Shown here: positions 1 through 9,096 of the stretch, piece by piece | Layout of the letters: every line of letters starts with the position of its first letter | How positions within the stretch are numbered: the first letter of the stretch is position 1 | Origin: Promethearchaeota archaeon | Lineage (GTDB): Archaea > Asgardarchaeota > Lokiarchaeia > Sigyniarchaeales > SOKP01 | Length of the DNA stretch: 64,000 bases | Assembly (NCBI GenBank): GCA_019058365.1 | Contig: JAHPZE010000001.1 | Span: forward strand, 1 to 64,000 | Reading direction: 5' to 3' | Notes under the pieces: generated by a model | What the model saw: only the letters and a program-made list of their open reading frames with translations | Databases searched by the model: none | What the model was told of the DNA's origin: nothing | Position numbers and translations under genes: made by a program

Positions 1-149
1 TAAAAAGTCAATGTTCAATAGGATTTAGAGATCTACTTCCTTTGGTACTGTTTATATTTTATAAAAATCAGACTAAAGTTAATTTAAATACTGGTTAAAA
101 CTAAATTAACTTAAAAAATAGGTTAAAATTACACAAGAAAGTGATTTGA

Positions 150-1235
150 TTGAAAAAGAAAACTAATATTGTTTTGATGATTGTGGCTGCGTGTATAGTT
201 ACTGGAGGGACGGCATTTGGAGTTGTAATAGCTACTACATGGGGAGAATATGAATATGCAGATTCTTACTACTATAAACCCGGAGCTCCTTTGCCAATAG
301 AGAAATTAAATCTAATCTGTGATATCGGAAAAATAAATGTTAAATATAATACTACACCAACTGACTATTATGTGCAAGTTGATTTAGATATTAAAATTGT
401 AGGTGGTTTTGTTGAGGGTAAAATATTTTCAGATTTTTTTTATCCTATTGAATGGATAAATATTAGTACTCCAATATCATTCGAACTTGATGCGAAGGCC
501 AATCCAGTGTTCATTTTTGGACTTTCACACCGAATTACATTAAATGTTACTCTTAGAACTGATGTAGTTTATGATATAAATGCATTTAGTAGTACAGGAG
601 CGATAGATATGAATGTGCCAGATAATATAATTATTAATAATACTTCTTTAGGTACATCTACGGGATCATTAGTACTAAACTCTGCGAAAAATGCAACTTT
701 TCAAGGAACTCTAGGAGTAAGTACTAGTACGGGATCAATTAAAATTTATGCTCGACAAGCCAATTTTACTCATGGCTTAACTGCCTACACATCAACAGGG
801 TCTCTTATTTTAAACTTTTCGCAATGCATTATTGGTGATAAATTAATAGGAACTGCATCAACTGGTTCAATAACAGTTAAAAGTTATAACATGAGATACG
901 TGAAAGATTGTAATTGGAATATTCATACAAATACGGGAAGTATTGATATCGAAATTTTACAATATATAGAAATGAATGCAAGCATTACAGGAACAATAGG
1001 GGCATCTACGGGGAGTATTGATATAGTGTACGATGATTCTTTAAGTAGTGTAGGAGCAGAATTTACATGTTCTGTGAGCACAGGCTCTATCTCATACAAT
1101 TCCTTAGGTTCCGGAGGAATGAGTAAGGCGAGCGGAGTTATATCTTCTAATGATTATCATGATGCAATTAATAAGTATACCTTTGGGGTTTCTACATCAA
1201 CTGGTAGTATAGAAGTACTAGGCCAAAGTTTATAA
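150..1235 (+). CDS. DUF4097/adhesin-like beta-strand repeat protein, N-terminal membrane anchor
   Basis: N-terminal K-rich then hydrophobic helix; many (S)TSTGS(I/L) repeats typical of DUF4097-type beta-helix proteins. Confidence 0.7.
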   Translation: MKKKTNIVLMIVAACIVTGGTAFGVVIATTWGEYEYADSYYYKPGAPLPIEKLNLICDIGKINVKYNTTPTDYYVQVDLDIKIVGGFVEGKIFSDFFYPIEWINISTPISFELDAKANPVFIFGLSHRITLNVTLRTDVVYDINAFSSTGAIDMNVPDNIIINNTSLGTSTGSLVLNSAKNATFQGTLGVSTSTGSIKIYARQANFTHGLTAYTSTGSLILNFSQCIIGDKLIGTASTGSITVKSYNMRYVKDCNWNIHTNTGSIDIEILQYIEMNASITGTIGASTGSIDIVYDDSLSSVGAEFTCSVSTGSISYNSLGSGGMSKASGVISSNDYHDAINKYTFGVSTSTGSIEVLGQSL

Positions 1236-1451
1236 CCTTAAAATCTTCATTTTTATTTTTTTCTACTAATCCTTATATTTAATCAGATTATTATTAAAAA
1301 AGGATAATCTCTCTCTTGGGTCAATCTCTAGTGTTGAATAACGCAAATAAAGGGTTGTTGAATAAATAAAAACTTTTAAAATATTCCAAATATAATTAAT
1401 TATCTTTTAATTAAAGATGTTAGAAAATATAAAAAAAAAGTGGTTTTAAAA

Positions 1452-1880
1452 ATGGTTAGTGATGACTTACTTAAAAAGTTAAAAGATATGAGAGATGGGA
1501 CTGGTGAAAGAAATCCTTCTGATGCTCTTTTGTTGTGTGAAGCCTTTAAACAACTTGCTGTTGAAAATGAAGATATAAAAGAAGAAGTAGAAGATATGGA
1601 TCTAACTCTTGTTCAATTTGTATGGACTGATGTTGGTTATAAATATTGGGTAAAATTTGGAGAAGGGCAAGTAGAGTATGCTGAAGGTGAAGCTGAAGAC
1701 CCAAGTGTTACCATGAAAGCAACAAGTGCTACTTGGGCGGGTATGGGTTCTGGTGAGATTGATGCTACTAGTGCTTATATGAGTGGAGACTTGCAGATTG
1801 AAGGCAATCTTCAAGATGCAATAGCATATGGAGAAATTAATGGAATGGTTGGAGATGTTTTAAAAGAACTTGGAGAGTAA
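1452..1880 (+). CDS. SCP2 sterol/lipid-binding domain protein
   Basis: C-terminal GEIDATSAYMSGDLQIEGNLQDA matches SCP2 signature; ATG 1452 preferred over GTG 1440. Confidence 0.85.
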   Translation: MVSDDLLKKLKDMRDGTGERNPSDALLLCEAFKQLAVENEDIKEEVEDMDLTLVQFVWTDVGYKYWVKFGEGQVEYAEGEAEDPSVTMKATSATWAGMGSGEIDATSAYMSGDLQIEGNLQDAIAYGEINGMVGDVLKELGE

Positions 1881-2036
1881 TAATCTTTTAAATAAAAAAC
1901 TATAATCTAAACATTAAACTATAAATTTTTTATTAATTTTTCTATTTTTAAATCTAAATAATAGCAATAGATGAATATCGGAAATTTAGAATTGTTATTA
2001 AATTAGGAAATGCTAAATAGAAGAATAAAATTATTT

Positions 2037-3287
2037 TTAAGGAAATATTCCTCTAAGTTCAATCGCTCTAGCAATCCTACTGACGGCAATAATGTAAGCA
2101 GCTGTACGAAGAGAGATTTTTCTTTCTTTCGAAAGCATATATACTTCTTCAAAAGCCCTTAAAATTATCTTTTTTAATTCCTTGTTAATTCTATCTAATT
2201 CCCAGAAATAAGCTCTGATATCCTGAACATATTCAAAATAAGAAACACAAACACCACCAGCATTAGCAAGAATGTCTGGTAATACACGAATCCCTTTTTC
2301 AAACAGAATTCTATCTGCTTCAGGGGTAACGGGGCCATTAGCTCCTTCCAATATAATTTTACATTTGATATTATCAGCATTTTTATATGTTATTTGATTT
2401 TCAAGAGCAGCTGGAATCAAAATATCGCATTCTAAAGCAAGTAATTCTTCATTTGTAATTAATTTATATCTCTTATCTTTATAATCTTTTAAATACTTTC
2501 CTTGTTGAGTCCATTCTAGTAATTTGTTAATTTCCAATCCTTCAGAAAAATATAGAGCACCAGATATGTCCGAAATAGCCATTACTTTGCATCCTTCATT
2601 ATATAATAATCCAGCAATGGTTCCCCCTACATTACCAGAGCCTTGGATTACTATATTTTGTGATTTCAAGTCTATACTTAATTTTTCACATAGAGCTTCT
2701 AATACGAAAAATAATCCCATTCCCGTAGCAGGTTCTCTACCAACAGAACCTCCTATTTCAATAGGTTTACCAGTAACAACTCCCGGTATAGACCTTCCCT
2801 TATTCATTGAGTAGGTATCCATAATCCAAGCCATAACTTGAGCATTAGTATTAACATCTGGAGCGGGGATGTCAATATCAGGGCCAATTATATTAATTAT
2901 TTCAGAAGTATACCTCCTCGTAAGGCGTTCTAATTCATTTTTAGATAATTTTCTTGGGTCTACACAAACACCTCCTTTAGCACCTCCCAATGGTAAACCT
3001 AAAAGGCTACATTTCCAAGTCATCCATGTAGCTAATGCCTTAACTTCATCTAAATTGACTTCTGGAGAATATCTTATACCCCCTTTTCCAGGACCTCTAA
3101 CAGTACTATGATGAACTCTATACCCTTCGAAAATTTCAATAGATCCATCATCCATTCTTACAGGGATAGTAACTATTAAGGCTCTCTCAACTCTTTTAAG
3201 ATATTTTGCTAAATTAAGATCTAATCCTATTTTTTCGGCAGCAATATCGATTTGCTTTTTTGCTATTTCAAATGGAGTCAATGCCAT
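2037..3287 (-). CDS. gdhA: Glutamate dehydrogenase (Glu/Leu/Phe/Val dehydrogenase family)
   Basis: GPGKGGIRY, GGAKGG, DIPAPDVNT, GSGNVG, EGANGP, PDILANAGGV motifs. Confidence 0.95.
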   Translation of the reverse strand: MALTPFEIAKKQIDIAAEKIGLDLNLAKYLKRVERALIVTIPVRMDDGSIEIFEGYRVHHSTVRGPGKGGIRYSPEVNLDEVKALATWMTWKCSLLGLPLGGAKGGVCVDPRKLSKNELERLTRRYTSEIINIIGPDIDIPAPDVNTNAQVMAWIMDTYSMNKGRSIPGVVTGKPIEIGGSVGREPATGMGLFFVLEALCEKLSIDLKSQNIVIQGSGNVGGTIAGLLYNEGCKVMAISDISGALYFSEGLEINKLLEWTQQGKYLKDYKDKRYKLITNEELLALECDILIPAALENQITYKNADNIKCKIILEGANGPVTPEADRILFEKGIRVLPDILANAGGVCVSYFEYVQDIRAYFWELDRINKELKKIILRAFEEVYMLSKERKISLRTAAYIIAVSRIARAIELRGIFP

Positions 3288-3389
3288 AATTATTTACCTT
3301 TTTAAAATTCTATTTTTAAGTTAGATTTGAATATGATATATAATTTGTATTATTATTTTTTAACATTTAAAAAATTTCTAAAAAGATTG

Positions 3390-4427
3390 TTATAAATTAA
3401 CAAGACAATACTGAACAAATTTCAATGCATCGTTTGCACATCCCCCCGAATCTAATCCTCCTAATTGATCTAATACTTTCTGAGGAATTAGATTGTCTGC
3501 TAACCACAAATCCTTTAAACTCATTAGAGCTTCTAATCCTTTAATCTGAATTATACGATTTTGACCTAAATCGAGAGTTTCCAACTTAGATAGCGTTTCA
3601 AGACCTTTAATTTCTCCAATATTATTCTCTGAAAGAAAGAGATTTTCTAATCCATTTAAAGAATATAATCCTTTTATCTGGGTTATATTGTTTTGCTTTA
3701 AATTTAGAATTCTTAAAGCTTTACAATTGTCTAATCCTCCAATTTTTGAAATTTGGTTAGTGTTAAGCCATAGTGTCTCCATGTTTTCCAAAGTATTTAG
3801 ACCACGGATATCTTGAATTAAATTATTATTTAAATAAAGAGATTTGAGACTCTTTAGGTTCTCCAACCCTTCAATACTCTTAATCTGATTTCCAGCAAGA
3901 TTTAATACTTCAAGTTTCTCTAACTTTTCAAAATTTTTGATTTTTTCCACTTTATTTCCCGCAATCCATACTACTTCAAGATTTGTTAAAGTTTCCAAAC
4001 CTTTGATTTCTGTTATGTCATTCCAAGAAAGATCAAGCCTTTTTAATGAGGTTAAATTATCTAAACCTTTTAACTCTGCTATCTGATTTCCCCTTAAATA
4101 TAATTCTTCTAAATTTCTTAAATTATCTAAACCTTTTATCTCTGTTAACTGGTTACTTATAAGATGTAGAATTTTGAGGTTTTCTAAATTCTCTAATCCT
4201 TTTATTTCAACTATTTTATTATTCCCTAAATTTAAGACTTCTAACTCAGTTAAGTTATCTAACCCTCTAATTACCGTAATTTCATTTGAGCTTAATTCTA
4301 AATTCTTTAAATCTTTTAGTTTTGATAATCCTTGTATTTCATTAATATCCTTTATTTCTAAAAGAACTAAATCAAGAAATCCATTTTTAACTTCAAATCT
4401 AGTACCCGCTACTTCAACAAACTTCAT
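3390..4427 (-). CDS. Leucine-rich repeat protein (SDS22-like 22-aa repeats)
   Basis: About 13 regular LxxLxLxxNxIxxIxGL repeats. Confidence 0.92.
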   Translation of the reverse strand: MKFVEVAGTRFEVKNGFLDLVLLEIKDINEIQGLSKLKDLKNLELSSNEITVIRGLDNLTELEVLNLGNNKIVEIKGLENLENLKILHLISNQLTEIKGLDNLRNLEELYLRGNQIAELKGLDNLTSLKRLDLSWNDITEIKGLETLTNLEVVWIAGNKVEKIKNFEKLEKLEVLNLAGNQIKSIEGLENLKSLKSLYLNNNLIQDIRGLNTLENMETLWLNTNQISKIGGLDNCKALRILNLKQNNITQIKGLYSLNGLENLFLSENNIGEIKGLETLSKLETLDLGQNRIIQIKGLEALMSLKDLWLADNLIPQKVLDQLGGLDSGGCANDALKFVQYCLVNL

Positions 4428-4610
4428 ATATTTTCCCTTATTTAACTTTCTAAATTTACGAAGTTATACTAAATCCGTATAAATAATTATATAAGACTTA
4501 TTATTTATTCATTTTTTTTACGATAGACCTATTATAAATTTAACTAATATTTATCCAGTATCTAATTCATAATAAGAATTTTTTAAAAATTTATTAAAGT
4601 AATTTATAGT

Positions 4611-4763
4611 ATGAAAGCAGTAGTATGCAAAGATTGTGGATATTCCTTCGAAATTAAGGAATCTGGGAAATATTTTTGTCCTAATTGCTCCAAAGAAGTG
4701 ATGTTTATTAAGTTTGAAGCTTTTTGTGGTGCTAAGCCTAATGAACTTTATGAAATAAATTAA
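4611..4763 (+). CDS. Small zinc-ribbon protein (50 aa), paralog 1; below ORF-track cutoff
   Basis: Manual translation MKAVVCKDCGYSFEIKESGKYFCPNCSKEVMFIKFEAFCGAKPNELYEIN*; CxxC..CxxC; paralog follows. Confidence 0.8.
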   Translation: MKAVVCKDCGYSFEIKESGKYFCPNCSKEVMFIKFEAFCGAKPNELYEIN

Positions 4764-4789
4764 ATACTAAATTAAATTTTCTTTATTAT

Positions 4790-4942
4790 ATGTTTTACGC
4801 TGTTTGTAAAGAATGTGGATTTCATTTTGAAAATAAGGAACCAGGATATTACCATTGCCCTCAATGTAATAAAAAGGTTAAATTTTTAAAATTAGAATTA
4901 TTTGATGGCGCAAAACCTTCTGAAATTCATGAAAAGGATTAA
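4790..4942 (+). CDS. Small zinc-ribbon protein (50 aa), paralog 2
   Basis: MFYAVCKECGFHFENKEPGYYHCPQCNKKVKFLKLELFDGAKPSEIHEKD*; same length and motifs as upstream ORF. Confidence 0.8.
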   Translation: MFYAVCKECGFHFENKEPGYYHCPQCNKKVKFLKLELFDGAKPSEIHEKD

Positions 4943-4973
4943 AGTTATAAGGTAAAGTATTCTTTTTCTTTTT

Positions 4974-5681
4974 ATGGCTAGATCACTCTATATGGATGAT
5001 TCTTACCTTAAAAGCTGGAATGCAAAAGTTCTAAATGTCACAGATGATAAATATATCGTTCTTGATAATACTGCCTTTTATCCTAAAGGAGGTGGTCAAC
5101 CATGGGACGAAGGCTTTATTATAAAAGATAATCAAAAATTTAAAGTAGTTTACGTTGGAAAGTTCTCAGGAAAAATAAGTCATGAAGTAGATAAACCAGG
5201 GTTGAAGGAGGGTTATGCTGTTAGTTGTGAACTTGATTGGAAACGACGATATACATTTATGCGATACCATACCGCTTCGCATCTAATTAGTAATATCCTC
5301 TATAAAAGAGCTGATGCCAAAATTACGGGAAATCAAATCGAATTAGATAAAACAAGAATGGATTTCTCAATGCTAGATTATTCTCCTGAAAAATTGCGAG
5401 ATTTTGTGGAGGAGGCAAATAATATCATTGAGAAGGATTTACCAGTTACTATTGATTACATGACTAAAGATGAAGTTTTAGGAAAACCAGAATTAGCACG
5501 CTTAGCTGTAGGATTACCCAAGAATATTAAGGAATTTCGTATTGTTAGAATAGGAGATATCGACGAGCAAGTAGATGGTGGTACTCATGTCAATCATCTA
5601 AAAGAAATTGGTAAAATCGAAGTGACTAAGACCGTTAATAAAGGAAAAAGTAATAGAAGAATGTATTTTATTTTAACATAA
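4974..5681 (+). CDS. alaX: Alanyl-tRNA editing protein AlaX-M type
   Basis: LYMDDSY, TAFYPKGGGQPWD, HTASH, DGGTHV motifs. Confidence 0.9.
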   Translation: MARSLYMDDSYLKSWNAKVLNVTDDKYIVLDNTAFYPKGGGQPWDEGFIIKDNQKFKVVYVGKFSGKISHEVDKPGLKEGYAVSCELDWKRRYTFMRYHTASHLISNILYKRADAKITGNQIELDKTRMDFSMLDYSPEKLRDFVEEANNIIEKDLPVTIDYMTKDEVLGKPELARLAVGLPKNIKEFRIVRIGDIDEQVDGGTHVNHLKEIGKIEVTKTVNKGKSNRRMYFILT

Positions 5682-5720
5682 AATAAGGATGCTAAATTAA
5701 CTGAAATATAATAATTTTTG

Positions 5721-6671
5721 TTAAATATTGAATCCATCGTCAAATTCTTCCCATTCATCAGCCGCATAGTCAAATCTCTTCTTTTCCTCTTCTTTCTTTT
5801 CTCTCTTTAACTCACGACGCTCTTTAAGTTTCATTTTATCATATCTTTTAGTGTAAATCTGTTCATATTTTTCTCTTAACGCCTCAACATCCTCAACATG
5901 ACCTATCTTATTTTCCAACCCATCCTCAAAAAAATAGTTCCTTTTAAACTTTTTTGCAGGAATACCAGCATAAACGTATCCTCTTTCTAAAACCTGTCCT
6001 ACCGTAGTTACAGAATTAGCAGCTAAAATACAATTATGTTCAATATGGGTACCTGGCATAATTATGGCATGTGAACCTATTCTAACATCATCTCCGATAA
6101 TTGTTTTCCTAATTATTAAGAGATTACCTATAATTACAGCAGATTGAACAATTGCTCCTTGTCCAATAACTACATCTCTACCAAAATCGATGAACTCAGT
6201 ATCCACCCAACCCTCAAATAAGGAATTCGAAATTTTGGTTTTCACTCCAAACATTTTAAAACAAACATTATCTAAAAATCCAGGGAAAGGAAATCTGTGA
6301 GCAAGCCAAGTTGGCCACCTTTTTATAGTATTCCGAAGACTCCAATATCTATAATCTCGATCTTCAGGAATTCGTAAAAAAACTCCCTCTCGAGGTTTAT
6401 GGATTACATTAACAATAATTAATAAGATTTTAGCAAAAATTATGGAGGAAAAAACAAGTGTAACATACATCAGAAAAGCCAAAAGTGGAAGAAATGTATA
6501 AAAATGGATTGGTCTAATTGGATTCCATAAAAAACGCCAATAAATCCAAAATTCTAAGAGTATTGGAATTACACTTGCCCAAATAAGCAAGATATAAAAA
6601 ATCAAATATCGTTTTTTTACAAGAACCGATGCCGTGAAAGGACCAACTCGCATTGTATTAGGTACACTCAT
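5721..6671 (-). CDS. Membrane-bound LbH (hexapeptide repeat) acyltransferase-like protein, type C
   Basis: Two N-terminal TM helices, KPREGVF..DYRYW, IDFGRDVVIG..TIIGDDVRIG..YAGIPAK; overlaps upstream gene by 4 nt. Confidence 0.8.
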   Translation of the reverse strand: MSVPNTMRVGPFTASVLVKKRYLIFYILLIWASVIPILLEFWIYWRFLWNPIRPIHFYTFLPLLAFLMYVTLVFSSIIFAKILLIIVNVIHKPREGVFLRIPEDRDYRYWSLRNTIKRWPTWLAHRFPFPGFLDNVCFKMFGVKTKISNSLFEGWVDTEFIDFGRDVVIGQGAIVQSAVIIGNLLIIRKTIIGDDVRIGSHAIIMPGTHIEHNCILAANSVTTVGQVLERGYVYAGIPAKKFKRNYFFEDGLENKIGHVEDVEALREKYEQIYTKRYDKMKLKERRELKREKKEEEKKRFDYAADEWEEFDDGFNI

Positions 6672-8554
6672 TTCTCGCGCTCATCTTTTTTTATTTTAAC
6701 TAACTTTTTTTTATCTTCATCAATATTAACTTCATACGACATTTCAAATTTTTTTGCTTCAGCTACTTGACGTTTTATTATTATATCTCTTCTTTCTTCA
6801 GCATACTTATTCTCTTTCAATTTCCTCGCGGGGATTCCTAAATAAATCCAAGCGGGCTTTAAAGCTTGATCAAAGGTAGTTGAACTTATCGCCCCAATAA
6901 TAGATTCTTTTCCTATTATTGTTCCCGGAGAAATTGTAGTATGTCCTCCGACCATAACATAATCATCAAAAAACACTTTTTTAATTAGTAAGTATTTTCC
7001 GACGACCATTGAAGACATAATAGTCGCTCCTTGCCCGATCATTACTTTACGACCAAATTTAATAAAATCAGAATCACACCAAGCATCAGCTAAATGACTT
7101 GAAAAATCCATGTTAACTCCTAATTGTTTAAAAGCAAAAACATCTGTCCATGGAAATGGAGAATTTCGAAAAAGCCATAATGCAATTTTCTTTAATTCAG
7201 TTCTCAGCATCCAAAATTCAAAATTAGTATCTCTTTTCTCTGCTTTAAACACACCCTCCTTGGGTTTATGAATTAAATTTATTATAATCAAAAATAGTTT
7301 AGTAAAAAGAAGACATCCTGCAATAAAGATATATATTAGTCCAAACAAAGCAAACGGGAAGAAAAAGAAAAATGCCCATTGAAAGTTTGATGAAACTTGA
7401 GCTCTAGAATACCAATACCAAATTATGGTTACAATTAACCCCGAAAGCCAAAAAATAGGTAAATATACAATTAAAAACTTAATATTTACCCTACTTATTG
7501 CGGAACTTGTAGTGAAATCAATCGCTAAATCATCTGGTGATAAGTTATCAGTTATTATTTTATCTTCTTGGAGATCCCCCAGAATTTGGTCTCTATCAAG
7601 ACTTTCGGCCTCATTTTTCGGATAACGCTTCTTCTTTTTTATTTCTTTTAACAATTTTTCATCTTTATACCCTTCAATATTCTCATTCATCTCCAAATCT
7701 TTTGGGGTGACATCAAGATATTTTATAATTTTTTTTCTAAAGATTTTTCTCATAGGAAGTCCAAAATAGTAATTATTCTCTTTGATCTCACTATGTTTTG
7801 GGGTTGAAGCTAATGGTAATAGAAAAGCATTATCATATATCTCTGATCCTGGACCAATTCCACACATTGAAGCTAAAGTAACATTATTACCAACATTAAT
7901 TTTAAAATAAGAGATGTTTCCAAAGATTCCTTGAATTAGGTGACTAGCTAAAGTAGAATTTACACCAATATAACAGTTCTCTCCGATGTTAATAAATTTA
8001 TCATTTCCTACAGATTCCTCCAACGTTGTTCCTTTACCAATATTGTTTGACCCAACAAAATTAAAAAACCAATTAGATAACCATGGAAACATACCTTTTG
8101 TAAATGTATTTTTTCCATATTTTATCATAAAACTTCTTATATGATAGTAATTTGCTGTCCTACTTCTAATATTTCTTGGAATGATACCTGATTTTGATGG
8201 TGAAGTTTTTTCTGTAATTCCCCAAATAAACCATGTTGTTAATCCAATCAGAATTAAATGGAGTAAATAACAGCCAATTATGACTAATGGCATAATTATT
8301 AACGTTATTAGAGAACTTAAATTAGTAAAAAGAGATAAAAAACCAATATTTTGTAAAAAGAATATTCGAAAAGGGAAGAAAAAATATAGCCAAAATACAA
8401 ATCCTGGTATAACCCATGAAATATAATAGATAATAGCGAAAATAATAATATATAAATGAAATTGAAGACTTACTTCTTCTTTTATAACTTCATCATTAGG
8501 TTCACAGGAATCAGATGGTTTAATTTTTTTTATTTCTTCACTCATTTTTACCAT
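6668..8554 (-). CDS. Membrane-bound LbH acyltransferase-like protein, fused type A+B
   Basis: Two (2TM + hexapeptide-repeat) units; IGENCYIG..ASH in unit A; FGRKVMIG..YLGIPA in unit B. Confidence 0.8.
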   Translation of the reverse strand: MVKMSEEIKKIKPSDSCEPNDEVIKEEVSLQFHLYIIIFAIIYYISWVIPGFVFWLYFFFPFRIFFLQNIGFLSLFTNLSSLITLIIMPLVIIGCYLLHLILIGLTTWFIWGITEKTSPSKSGIIPRNIRSRTANYYHIRSFMIKYGKNTFTKGMFPWLSNWFFNFVGSNNIGKGTTLEESVGNDKFINIGENCYIGVNSTLASHLIQGIFGNISYFKINVGNNVTLASMCGIGPGSEIYDNAFLLPLASTPKHSEIKENNYYFGLPMRKIFRKKIIKYLDVTPKDLEMNENIEGYKDEKLLKEIKKKKRYPKNEAESLDRDQILGDLQEDKIITDNLSPDDLAIDFTTSSAISRVNIKFLIVYLPIFWLSGLIVTIIWYWYSRAQVSSNFQWAFFFFFPFALFGLIYIFIAGCLLFTKLFLIIINLIHKPKEGVFKAEKRDTNFEFWMLRTELKKIALWLFRNSPFPWTDVFAFKQLGVNMDFSSHLADAWCDSDFIKFGRKVMIGQGATIMSSMVVGKYLLIKKVFFDDYVMVGGHTTISPGTIIGKESIIGAISSTTFDQALKPAWIYLGIPARKLKENKYAEERRDIIIKRQVAEAKKFEMSYEVNIDEDKKKLVKIKKDEREK

Positions 8555-8655
8555 TGATTCTTATTACGAGGTATATATTTCGGTAATTTTTTCTTCATTA
8601 AAAAACAATTAATACTTATTATACTTTAATAGATATTTTTTTTTCTTTTAAAGTT

Positions 8656-9081
8656 ATGAGTCGTAGGCAAAAAGAAAAAACAACCATGTCAAATGATTGC
8701 GAAAATTGTGGAAAGTGTTGTATAGAGACAGAGATGATTCTTTCCGAATATGATATTGATTTGATAATAAGAAAATCTCAAGATCATGTAATAAAGCAAG
8801 ATTTTTGCTTTAAAAACAAGGATGAACATCATCAACTAAAAAATATTAAAGGACATTGTGTTTTTTTTGACTATCCATCAAAATTTTGTACGATTTATGA
8901 ATACCGTCCTCAAGGTTGCAGATTTTATCCATTAATTTTTGATATAAATGAATTAAAATGTAAACTTGATGAAGATTGCCCTAGAAATAATCTTTTCTAT
9001 CAAAATAAACAGGTTTTGAAAGTAAAGTGTGATCACTTAAAGAGATTTTTAAAGGAACAATTGAAAATAACTATAATTTAA
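8656..9081 (+). CDS. YkgJ family (CxxCxxCC) Fe-S/Zn cluster protein
   Basis: CENCGKCC, CVFF, CTIYEYRPQGCRFYP. Confidence 0.9.
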   Translation: MSRRQKEKTTMSNDCENCGKCCIETEMILSEYDIDLIIRKSQDHVIKQDFCFKNKDEHHQLKNIKGHCVFFDYPSKFCTIYEYRPQGCRFYPLIFDINELKCKLDEDCPRNNLFYQNKQVLKVKCDHLKRFLKEQLKITII

Positions 9082-9096
9082 AATATTAATGTTTTT

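Noticed and set aside
3500-4320. 66-nt periodicity
   Set aside because: Explained by LRR coding repeats
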